Source of the DNA: Candidatus Woykebacteria bacterium
Lineage (GTDB): Bacteria > Patescibacteriota > Microgenomatia > Woykebacterales > RBG-16-39-9b
DNA: 64,000 nucleotides
Direction of reading: 5' to 3'
Assembly: GCA_040876345.1 (NCBI GenBank)
Contig: JBBDPM010000006.1
Span: 456,547 to 520,546, forward strand
The notes below the pieces were generated by a model, which was given only the letters and a program-made list of their open reading frames with translations, did not search any database and was not told where the DNA came from. The translations under genes were made by a program, and so were the position numbers. Below are positions 16,938-25,379 of this stretch, piece after piece. How positions within the stretch are numbered: the first letter of the stretch is position 1; each line of letters starts with the position of its first letter.

Positions 16938-19706
16938 TTAGGCAGCCTTGTCAGCTATGAACTTATAGAACTCCTCCTTTTCCAGTCGGGGGATGGTCCA
17001 TTTCCCGAAGTCCTCCCTGACTAATGTGTCGAAGCGCTCCTCGAGCACCTTCTCGGTCACCGTCTCCTCTTGATCGAATACTAGTGACCAATCGATCTCG
17101 GTCATTTTCGCTTCGCCAAACCTCTCCCTCAGCCCCAGGACCTTACCCTTGGACCATTCCACGGAGATCTCCGTGAGCGCGTCGAGCACCAGGAACAGAG
17201 GCATCCCGCCCTTGATCTCTGACTGGGCCGACTTAATGAGGTTTTCGATGTCGCGCAGGTAATGCGGTGTGCGTGTCCAGGAGCGTGCCCAGAACACCTG
17301 GAGGTCGATCTTCCCACACCGCCAGGCAAAGTCGTACGGGCGCTCCATGCTTTGTTGCATTTTGTGCTCGACTTCGGGGTCACCGGCCCTGTTGTACCGA
17401 ACCCCATACTGGCATTCGATCGCTACGTGGGCCGCATCTGGGAAAGTGAACCCACGCACACCCCTCTTCACCCTGGACTTGAAGACCATGTACAGGCTGA
17501 GGATGTCGTCGCAATGAGCGTGAAGCTCATCCAGTTCGTCGGCCATCGCCCAGATCACCTCAGGGGAGAGATCCTCAATCAGGCGCATGATCTTGGGCCA
17601 GACGAAGATCTCGCGGTTCTTCACAGCGCGTCGGAACACCCTGCGCAGACGCCGAAGGATCGGGCCCTTGGGCTGGTTGTTGAAGATCCGTTCCAGGACC
17701 TCCGTTTGGTGGAAGAACGTAACCTCGCGCCCACTCTTACGCGCTAGGTAGGCACTGCTGTCCTCGTCCTCCCCTGCTTCGCGGTCGAGTATGTTTTCTG
17801 GTACCACCTCCTTAACGATGGTGAACTTCGGGGTTCCATCCTCATTCTGGATGACACTAGCAACCCGGACGTATAGTTCGTTCATGATAGTGTCCGAATG
17901 GAGTCCCTTTTGGTTCTTGCCGATGTCCCGCGGGGCGATGAAGAAGAGTTCCTCCTGCTCGAGGATCTGCAACTCACCCCGTGAGTAGTTTCGCACCAGC
18001 CTAGTCTTCTCATGAAGATCTTTGCTGGTGATGATAGCACCCTCCCTAGCCGACACAATGGCACCGCGAATCATTGCGGCACCCTTGCAAACATCCTCAC
18101 GGCGACCGCCAAAGAGGCTGTAGTAAGTGCTGATCGTGTCCATCGGCGTTTCAGAGGCGTAGTTGGCAGTCGAGCGCATCATCGTGCGCCGGCGGTTCAT
18201 AGAACTCCGCCAAGCCCGCTTCTGTTCACTTGTCGCGTTCTCTGGAACTTCCCCCGGGTGTGGGTAGCGTTTGTTTAGCTCCCACCATACCCAGAAGTCG
18301 CCCCAGGTCTGCCGACTCTGACGCCCGCCCCAGTCTTCCCTCAATGCGGCAGCTACGTCTCTGGTGTCATACTCACCACCACCGTACTTCCAGACGCCGT
18401 TCCGGCTCATCCGGAAGTGGCCGTTGAAGCCGATGAGGTCGCGAATCTCCTCATAAGTCGGGTAGTCGATTAGGGAGTCGCTGACGTCCATCTTCTTGTA
18501 CCCAACCGCCCGAGGAGGACGAACTATCCAGCGGATTGAGTCCAAAGCTCGGAACCGTGCCCAAGCCCTGTCCCAGTTCGTCACTGAGCAAGTTACGTCA
18601 GCGTTCGGGCTGAACTGGTCGTACACCATGTCAAACCGGCGGGGATCCTCGACCCTCTCATCGATAAAGTCAGGGCCCCTGTCCGGTCCCCACCAGTCCA
18701 GGTGCTTCTCCAACTCGTCCATCACTTCGCCGTTTTCTGGATCCCTGCCCAGCTTGCGGCTAAGATTCTGGACTATGTGTGCCCGAAGCTTAAGCTTCCA
18801 GTCGTAGCGGCGCTGCCCGTCAAAGAACGCCCTGTCGGCGACGAGGCTCACGAAGTGAAGGAACTCGAAGTCGTTTAGGGCGCCGATTGTGACAACACGC
18901 TCCTTGGTGTTGATGTCGTAGACCGTGAGCCGATCGTACAGCTCACGGATTCCACCACGGGCTGCTCGGCGGACTGCTCGAGGAGCCTTCTCCAGACCAC
19001 CATAAGGCAGAAGCTTGTCGGGGATCACCCAGTTGGGGTTTTCCCTCTGGAACTTCCGCATCCAGTTACGCAGGAGGTGCTTGAACACGCGGGGCGTCTT
19101 GTTGAACACCTCGCGCTCTTGAGTCTCCCTCTCCTGGTGCGTGTCGTCCACCCACCAAAGAGTTTCGAACACGATGTCCTCGTTGGCAAGCAAGATCGAC
19201 CACTCGTGCTCGTTAGGCTCTTTATTAACGACAGTGGCGACGACCTCGAAGTCGACTCCCTCAACCTCCTTATCCTTCGGGGGAAGGTTGAGAGAAATTC
19301 TGCCGTCGGTGAAAACCCGGACCCTCACCCGTTTCTTGGTTTTTTTGCCTGCCTCCTCTACCGGCTTACCGTCCCCACCAATTATGAGGTCTCCCTCCCC
19401 GTCCTTCTTGTATACTTTTTCGGTTATTGCAACCCGCCGGTAGAAGTATCTCTTGAAGGCGGTGACCGGGACTAGGGTGCGGATGATTGTGTACCGCACA
19501 TCTTGGAAGTTGAAGTTGCGATGGTCCGCCTGCTTGGTACCGAGAATGCCCCAAAGCGCAGTGTCTATGGTCGCTACGAAACCGATCTGACCGTTAACGA
19601 TCTCATCAGTGCTAAACCAGCGCTTTTGCTCGGTCCAGCGCACTATACCGAACTCGTTTTCCTCCTGTTCACCGTTTTCGCCTTCCGGTTCTTCGCCGTC
19701 TAGCAT
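16938..19706 (-). CDS. Large orphan protein (922 aa) of unknown function in a GC-rich island
   Basis: Single uninterrupted ORF with an AAGGAGGT RBS 8 nt upstream of the ATG. GC is about 60% against a 40% background. The protein is Trp/Arg/Asp/Glu-rich and has no recognisable catalytic motif (no Walker A, GDD, YxDD or HUH motif seen). Reverse-strand ORFs in this span are GC-induced artefacts. Confidence 0.55.
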   Translation of the reverse strand: MLDGEEPEGENGEQEENEFGIVRWTEQKRWFSTDEIVNGQIGFVATIDTALWGILGTKQADHRNFNFQDVRYTIIRTLVPVTAFKRYFYRRVAITEKVYKKDGEGDLIIGGDGKPVEEAGKKTKKRVRVRVFTDGRISLNLPPKDKEVEGVDFEVVATVVNKEPNEHEWSILLANEDIVFETLWWVDDTHQERETQEREVFNKTPRVFKHLLRNWMRKFQRENPNWVIPDKLLPYGGLEKAPRAVRRAARGGIRELYDRLTVYDINTKERVVTIGALNDFEFLHFVSLVADRAFFDGQRRYDWKLKLRAHIVQNLSRKLGRDPENGEVMDELEKHLDWWGPDRGPDFIDERVEDPRRFDMVYDQFSPNADVTCSVTNWDRAWARFRALDSIRWIVRPPRAVGYKKMDVSDSLIDYPTYEEIRDLIGFNGHFRMSRNGVWKYGGGEYDTRDVAAALREDWGGRQSRQTWGDFWVWWELNKRYPHPGEVPENATSEQKRAWRSSMNRRRTMMRSTANYASETPMDTISTYYSLFGGRREDVCKGAAMIRGAIVSAREGAIITSKDLHEKTRLVRNYSRGELQILEQEELFFIAPRDIGKNQKGLHSDTIMNELYVRVASVIQNEDGTPKFTIVKEVVPENILDREAGEDEDSSAYLARKSGREVTFFHQTEVLERIFNNQPKGPILRRLRRVFRRAVKNREIFVWPKIMRLIEDLSPEVIWAMADELDELHAHCDDILSLYMVFKSRVKRGVRGFTFPDAAHVAIECQYGVRYNRAGDPEVEHKMQQSMERPYDFAWRCGKIDLQVFWARSWTRTPHYLRDIENLIKSAQSEIKGGMPLFLVLDALTEISVEWSKGKVLGLRERFGEAKMTEIDWSLVFDQEETVTEKVLEERFDTLVREDFGKWTIPRLEKEEFYKFIADKAA

Positions 19707-20532
19707 CGTGTAAACCTCCTTGGGTTGCTAAACCCCTCAGGCAAGAGCGCTAGCGCAACAAGACTGAGAGGACGCTGTCCAGCATACGTTCGTGAGGGTT
19801 GAAAACCCCTGAGCGGTAATACCGCTTTGGAGCCTATTCCCTGTATCACTTGGTGTATGCTAGAGCAGCAGCAACACCAAGGGGAGTTTGAATGTTAGTT
19901 CTTGGATTTAGGATCTAGGATTTTAACTTAAATCCAACATCCTGAATCTAATATCCAAAATCCCCCTGGCGTTACCCCGCTGTCTAGCGGAAACCAAGGA
20001 AGTCTTTTTGTTCGTTTTACTTAATTTTTGGCGAATCGTAATGTTATAGGTTTCCAATTCGCCTTATATTCGCTTGTTAAGGTACTCACCATCGCAAGTT
20101 TCAACTTACGAAAATGGGCTCTGACTAACGACCTTTCGTTAACCAGAGCCCACCTTCGGGGACATATGCAAAAACTCACCATGGAGGTGGCTCTGGTATA
20201 ATTAATTTCTTAATTCTAAGTTCTGCTTCGTTCATTGTTCTTAATTAACTACTTATTACTAATAACTAAGTTGCTAGTTTAGCACAAATCAGCTTCAATG
20301 TCAATCCTATAGGATCCTCGGTGATTAAATTCATTCGCTTCGCTCAAGTAATTTAGGTACTCTTGGGTTCTGCGGGCGGGCGTAGATTCTAGGTTTCTAT
20401 TCGTGTACTTTACGATACAGTATGAGTCGGTTGATTTCGAATCTACTATCGACCATAATATACCCTACAGTTTAATCAAAGGTATTTTTCGGCGAAGAAT
20501 TCTCGAAGCCAGCTGAAGGTTAATCAAACAAT

Positions 20533-21162
20533 ATGCAGCAGCATCCTGTCCCGCAGAACATAACCGGGTTTGAATTTAAGCTTATCGGCTTTTTGACGAT
20601 TAAGCAATTTGCTTACCTTGCGGTTGCTGGAATTTTTAGCTTCGTCTTTTTTATTTCCCCAATACCTGTTCTAGTTAAGATCATTGTTATTTCTCCAATT
20701 GCTCTCTTTGGTGCTGCCCTTGCCTTTGTGCCGGTAAACGGCCTGCCTTTTGAAAAGTGGCTAGTTGTTTTTATAAGCTCAATTTACTCTCCTTCAAGGA
20801 GGGTCTGGCACAAAGGCCTTAAGGAAATAAGTTTTCTGGCTCCGTCCTTTTCACGCTATCTAAAAAGACCCCCTGGACCAGCGCCAAAAGTGTTGCCCGA
20901 CAAATCTCGCCTGGAAAGCTTTTTAACCCAGATGCGGGGAAGGGGTGATAAAGCCGCCGTTGACAGAATAGAGGAGCAGCGGATTTCCCAAATAGACTTT
21001 AGTGCGACCGTGCCCCACTTCAGTGAAATTGATAATGAAGGTGAGTTAGAACCAACTTATAGCAAGGGGTCTGCGGGAAACAAACTGCCTGATATTTATG
21101 ACTATCCAGAAGCGCAAATAAATCCGGTCTCTACGAGCAGTGAGGTACAAAAAGATGAATAG
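20533..21162 (+). CDS. Small membrane protein with N-terminal TM hairpin (VirB3/PrgI-like candidate)
   Basis: Two or three TM helices in the first 90 aa, hydrophilic tail; located upstream of the VirB4-like gene. Confidence 0.4.
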   Translation: MQQHPVPQNITGFEFKLIGFLTIKQFAYLAVAGIFSFVFFISPIPVLVKIIVISPIALFGAALAFVPVNGLPFEKWLVVFISSIYSPSRRVWHKGLKEISFLAPSFSRYLKRPPGPAPKVLPDKSRLESFLTQMRGRGDKAAVDRIEEQRISQIDFSATVPHFSEIDNEGELEPTYSKGSAGNKLPDIYDYPEAQINPVSTSSEVQKDE

Positions 21163-22750
21163 TAATACTGAAGCTGAGGTCAAATTTACATACCCGGGTA
21201 AGAATCTCGCCCATCGTTTTAGACCGACTGAATCTATCCGCCAAATAATTGAGCCTTTGATAAAAAGGGCCCACCCCTTTGCTTCTCAAGTGAACTTTCA
21301 TCCAGTAGCCACACTGAACCTGCCGGATAAAAACGTCTACGTCCGGCCCATTCGCAACTTGCAACCAAGACATATATCACCTCTGCCTCTTCAAGGTCCT
21401 TTTGCCTTACCAATAAGGGGGGAGAGGACTTTCGAGCTCTCCGCGGACCTTCAAGACCAAATCCAAAAGCGGGTTGGTGTGGTAATGAGCCCTTACGAAG
21501 TCGACCCCAAAACGCGACCGGTACCGCCCGGACTTACGCCGCAGCCAGAACCCAACCCACCAATTCAAGTAAACAAACCGCAACAGAGTGTTCCTGTATC
21601 AGCGCCTATTCTATCCACCCAAACTCAAGTGGCTGTAGCGCCGCCAACTCAAGTTACAAGCTTTCAGACTAATCACCTACCAACTACACCCTCAACCCCA
21701 GTTGCCACCCAGGCGCCGCTTCCTAGAGTGCTGTCACCAACATCTCAGGTTAGTCAAGTACCGGTGGTCCAAATACCCCAAACCATTACTACTCCGCAAG
21801 CCCCACGTGCCCAGACTATTCAAACTAGCCAACCACCTCTAGCTCCAGTGCCTGTTCAAAAACCGATTGCTTTTTCACCAACTAATCAGGCCCTGATTGA
21901 TGATGTTGCCAAACTAAAGGAGGAACTTCTTAAAGAGTCCATTACAACCAATGTTACTCAAGAGAGGATCGGTGAACTTTCAAATAAATACCAATCTCAA
22001 ATTGTCAATTTAATTAACCAAAACAACTACCTGATTTCCGAAATTAACAATTTTAAAGCGAAGCTCACCGATGAATCTAGAAAAAGGCAGGCCTCAGAAA
22101 ATCAACTGTCAGTAGTTACCTCCCAATTAAAAAATGAGGTTGAAAAGCTCAAGATTGAGCGCGACGGACTTCTTGGTAAATTGAAAACGTCTGAGACCCA
22201 GTTTAGAAACTACCACGAAGCCCAGGAAAAAAATCTTCCCACTAAAATTGAGCTTACCCAGCTAAACGCCAAGATTGCGGAGTTGGAAAGGGAAAAATCA
22301 GAATCAGAAACAAAAGCAATTAAGCTCAAGAGCTTAGTTAATGAACTCCAAGAAAAAGGTGCCCAAAAACACTCTCAACTAAAAGAGATGGTGATGCCCA
22401 CACTGTCTTTTGGTAAATCTCAATATGATGCGCCTGTCAGAGTGATACAACCTACTCAAGCAATTGGTAAAATGGCTCCCGCCCTAACCACAATACCAAA
22501 CGTTGTGAGCGGCATAATCAAAGACCGAAACGGTCTTCTACTAACTGATGTGGTGGTAGTGGTAAAGGACGCTTCAGGGAATCCGGTTAGAGCTCTAAAA
22601 TCTAATAAAATTGGTCAGTTTGCGATATCGACTCCGCTGCCCGAGGGGACTTACACAATGGAACTCGAAAGAGAAGAGAACGAATTCGACGTGGTTCAAA
22701 TAAAGCTGGGGGGGAAAATAGTACCCCCAATTGAGATAAGAGCCCGCTAG
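21155..22750 (+). CDS. Pro/Gln/Thr-rich, coiled-coil protein with C-terminal carboxypeptidase-regulatory-like (transthyretin-fold) domain
   Basis: GAGGT RBS 8 nt before ATG 21155; low-complexity P/Q/T region; heptad coiled coil; C-terminal sequence GIIKDRNGLLLTDVVVVVKDASGNPV…. Confidence 0.5.
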   Translation: MNSNTEAEVKFTYPGKNLAHRFRPTESIRQIIEPLIKRAHPFASQVNFHPVATLNLPDKNVYVRPIRNLQPRHISPLPLQGPFALPIRGERTFELSADLQDQIQKRVGVVMSPYEVDPKTRPVPPGLTPQPEPNPPIQVNKPQQSVPVSAPILSTQTQVAVAPPTQVTSFQTNHLPTTPSTPVATQAPLPRVLSPTSQVSQVPVVQIPQTITTPQAPRAQTIQTSQPPLAPVPVQKPIAFSPTNQALIDDVAKLKEELLKESITTNVTQERIGELSNKYQSQIVNLINQNNYLISEINNFKAKLTDESRKRQASENQLSVVTSQLKNEVEKLKIERDGLLGKLKTSETQFRNYHEAQEKNLPTKIELTQLNAKIAELEREKSESETKAIKLKSLVNELQEKGAQKHSQLKEMVMPTLSFGKSQYDAPVRVIQPTQAIGKMAPALTTIPNVVSGIIKDRNGLLLTDVVVVVKDASGNPVRALKSNKIGQFAISTPLPEGTYTMELEREENEFDVVQIKLGGKIVPPIEIRAR

Positions 22751-22752
22751 CT

Positions 22753-23484
22753 ATGGCTACGAGTAAAAAGATCTATACAACACAGGAACATTTAGATGTC
22801 GATGACATTAGGGACTCTCTCGTGGTGCTAAAAAATGGCGAGGCTGTCGCCATGATTCAAACTAGCGCCATCAATTTTGACCTTCTTTCTGAAAGAGAGC
22901 AGGACGCCATGATCTTTGCTTATGCCGCCCTACTAAACTCGCTTACATTTCCAATCCAAATTTTAGTGAGATCAAAGCGTCTGGACATTTCTAATTATCT
23001 TGATAATCTAGCTCTAGCCCGGCGCCAAGTTAAAAACCCCCTTTTAGCTGGGCAAATTGACAAATACGCTTTCTTTATACGAGATCTAGTTTCCCAAAAC
23101 CAAGTGCTAGATAAAAGATTTTACATAGTGGTACCCTACCTTGCAATTAGCCTGGCCCAACTAAAAACCGCTGGACTAGATTTACTAGGCAAAAAGGCCC
23201 CACCCACCAACAAATGGGTGACCCTAGAAAAGGCTAAGGTAAATCTAGAGCCTAAAATCGCTCACATTACTAAGCAGTTAAACCGAATCGGGATTAAAGC
23301 TAAAGCCCTTAACACTGAGGAGCTAGTTGAGCTTTTCTATGATCTTTACAATCCAGAGATGGTCGGTGAGCAAAAGGCAGCCCTATCTCCTGAGGAGTAC
23401 ACCACGCCAATAGTTGAGCCGGCTGTGAGCCCAGTAATTGAAGAGGGTGGGCAAAATCAAAATGTAGTCAGGGAGCAACCATGA
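22753..23484 (+). CDS. VirB4/TraE N-terminal-domain-like protein (possible split VirB4)
   Basis: LVVLKNGEAVAMIQTSAINFDLLSEREQDAMIFAYAALLNSLTFPIQILV resembles the N-terminus of Gram-positive VirB4 ATPases; ATGA overlap with the next ORF. Confidence 0.45.
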   Translation: MATSKKIYTTQEHLDVDDIRDSLVVLKNGEAVAMIQTSAINFDLLSEREQDAMIFAYAALLNSLTFPIQILVRSKRLDISNYLDNLALARRQVKNPLLAGQIDKYAFFIRDLVSQNQVLDKRFYIVVPYLAISLAQLKTAGLDLLGKKAPPTNKWVTLEKAKVNLEPKIAHITKQLNRIGIKAKALNTEELVELFYDLYNPEMVGEQKAALSPEEYTTPIVEPAVSPVIEEGGQNQNVVREQP

Positions 23485-25376
23485 GTATCAATCCTTTCAA
23501 AAAAAAGGCAGTTATAGATCCCCAAGAAACCGAGCTCGCTCAGACTCGCGCTAAAGTCACTCAAGTGCTTGGTAGGGGGATGACCGACGTAAAAGATGTT
23601 ATTGCCCCCTCTGCAATAGAGGTGGACTTCGACTATATAAAAATTGGCGAGACTTACTTCCGCACGTTATTTGTGGTTGGCTACCCAAGATTTGTCGGCG
23701 CTAATTGGCTCTCTCCCATAATTAACTTTGACCACACCTTAGATATTTCCTTTTTCTACTACCCCGTCGAGTCTAAAGGGATTTTGGATGATCTTAGGAG
23801 AAAAATAGCGGAGATGGAAGCAACTCTTGAATCAGATCTTGAAGCCGGTAGAGTCCTTGACCCCGGAGTAAGAATTGCTCTCGAGGATGCTCAAGCTCTC
23901 CAGGAGCAGCTTACGGCTGGCGTCGAGAGGTTTTTTCAATTCTCGTTTTACATTACTATCCCCGCTTTTTCCTTGGAGGAGCTCTCATCAGTGACAAAAC
24001 AAGTTGAGTCAACTCTTGGATCTCTTCTGGTAATTTCGAAACACGCCACTCTGCAGCAGGAAAGGGCCTTTCAATCAGTACTACCAACCTTCACCGACAA
24101 ACTCTTGGTTACTAGGAATATGGACACCACTTCACTGGCCACAACCTTTCCTTTTACTTCAAGTGAGCTAACTGCCAACAAGGGAATTCTTTACGGGATA
24201 AACGAGCACAACGGTTCCCTAGTAATCTTTGATCGCTTTAGCCTGGAGAATGCAAACAGTGTTGTCTTTGCAAAAAGTGGGGCTGGAAAAAGCTACTTAG
24301 TTAAGCTTGAGGTGCTTCGCCAACTTATGTTTGGGACTGAGGCGATTGTAATTGATCCTGAGGACGAATATATAGCCCTGGCTAATGCGATCGGTGGAGA
24401 AGTTATAAAATTTAAGGCGGCCGAGCAAGTTAAAATTAATCCTTTTGATCTTTCCGGAATCTATCAAGAAGGGGAGAACGAGCTGGGTCTAAAAATCCTT
24501 ACTCTACACTCTTTATTTAGAGTCATGATGGGAACCCTCACACCGACTGAGGACGCTCTCCTTGATAGGGCGCTGGTCGCTACTTACAAATTGAAGGGCA
24601 TCACGCCAGATCCCGCAACCCAAACTAAAGAACCACCGGTGATGGAGGACCTTTACAATGTTTTGCTAAACATGGGGGAGCCTGAAGCCAAAAATATGGC
24701 TGCCAGACTTGAGAAATTTATAAGAGGATCACTGTCTGGTATATTCGACCAACAAAGCACTATAAATATAAAGAACACCTTCACCGTTTTTTCTATACGA
24801 GACATGGAGGATGAACTACGACCAATCGCTATGTTTATTATCCTCGATTTTATCTGGACGCGGATTAAAAAGGAGCTGAAAAGGCGGATATTAGTTGTTG
24901 ACGAGGCTTGGTATCTGATGAAACATCAAGACTCGGCAGCCTTTCTTTATTCAATCGCTAAAAGAGCCCGAAAATATTTTCTGGGACTAACCTCAATAAC
25001 TCAAGACGTTGAGGATTTTCTTGGAAGCGACTACGGTAAGGCAATTGTCACCAACTCTTCGTTACAATTTTTGCTTAAACAATCAACTGCTTCAATCGAT
25101 AAGCTTGCTGAAGTGTTTTACCTTTCGGAGGGGGAGAAAAACCTTCTCCTTTCCTCAGAAATAGGGGAGGGTCTTTTCTTTGCCGGCCAAAATCACGTTG
25201 CGATTCGAATTCAAGCCGCGCCTCATGAACACGTTCTAATTACCTCAAACCCCGAAGAATTAAACCGAAACGAGGCTCTTGCAGCTGCACAACAGAATGC
25301 TTCTCAAAACCCCACTACAACGCAGGTGGCCGCTCAAGATCAAAAAACCAACCCTTACCCAGAAAACCCAGTCTAG
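23481..25376 (+). CDS. VirB4/TraE-like conjugation ATPase
   Basis: Walker A AKSGAGKSY, Walker B ILVVDEAWYLM; 631 aa, similar in size to pIP501 TraE-type VirB4. Confidence 0.75.
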   Translation: MSINPFKKKAVIDPQETELAQTRAKVTQVLGRGMTDVKDVIAPSAIEVDFDYIKIGETYFRTLFVVGYPRFVGANWLSPIINFDHTLDISFFYYPVESKGILDDLRRKIAEMEATLESDLEAGRVLDPGVRIALEDAQALQEQLTAGVERFFQFSFYITIPAFSLEELSSVTKQVESTLGSLLVISKHATLQQERAFQSVLPTFTDKLLVTRNMDTTSLATTFPFTSSELTANKGILYGINEHNGSLVIFDRFSLENANSVVFAKSGAGKSYLVKLEVLRQLMFGTEAIVIDPEDEYIALANAIGGEVIKFKAAEQVKINPFDLSGIYQEGENELGLKILTLHSLFRVMMGTLTPTEDALLDRALVATYKLKGITPDPATQTKEPPVMEDLYNVLLNMGEPEAKNMAARLEKFIRGSLSGIFDQQSTINIKNTFTVFSIRDMEDELRPIAMFIILDFIWTRIKKELKRRILVVDEAWYLMKHQDSAAFLYSIAKRARKYFLGLTSITQDVEDFLGSDYGKAIVTNSSLQFLLKQSTASIDKLAEVFYLSEGEKNLLLSSEIGEGLFFAGQNHVAIRIQAAPHEHVLITSNPEELNRNEALAAAQQNASQNPTTTQVAAQDQKTNPYPENPV

Positions 25377-25379
25377 ACT

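Noticed and set aside
17129-19703. Numerous 60-160-aa ORFs on the + strand opposite the 922-aa gene (17262-17747, 18012-18427, 19077-19475 and others)
   Set aside because: They lie entirely inside a 60%-GC coding region, where stop codons are rare in all frames. They have no RBS and their composition is Arg/Pro/Ser-rich in the typical GC-frame way. The single long minus-strand ORF explains the region.
16938-19706. Idea that the 922-aa GC-rich protein is a viral RNA-dependent RNA polymerase, reverse transcriptase or relaxase
   Set aside because: I could not find GDD/SDD, YxDD, HxH (HUH) or P-loop motifs in the translation. Without a profile search this is unsupported, so it stays as unknown.
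19900-20500. Cluster of 6-bp restriction sites (NdeI, NcoI, BamHI, EcoRI; also XhoI/BglII/BamHI at 41137-41362) as evidence of cloning
   Set aside because: These were picked post hoc from many possible enzymes. Expected chance occurrence in a few hundred bp is not negligible, so they are not diagnostic on their own.
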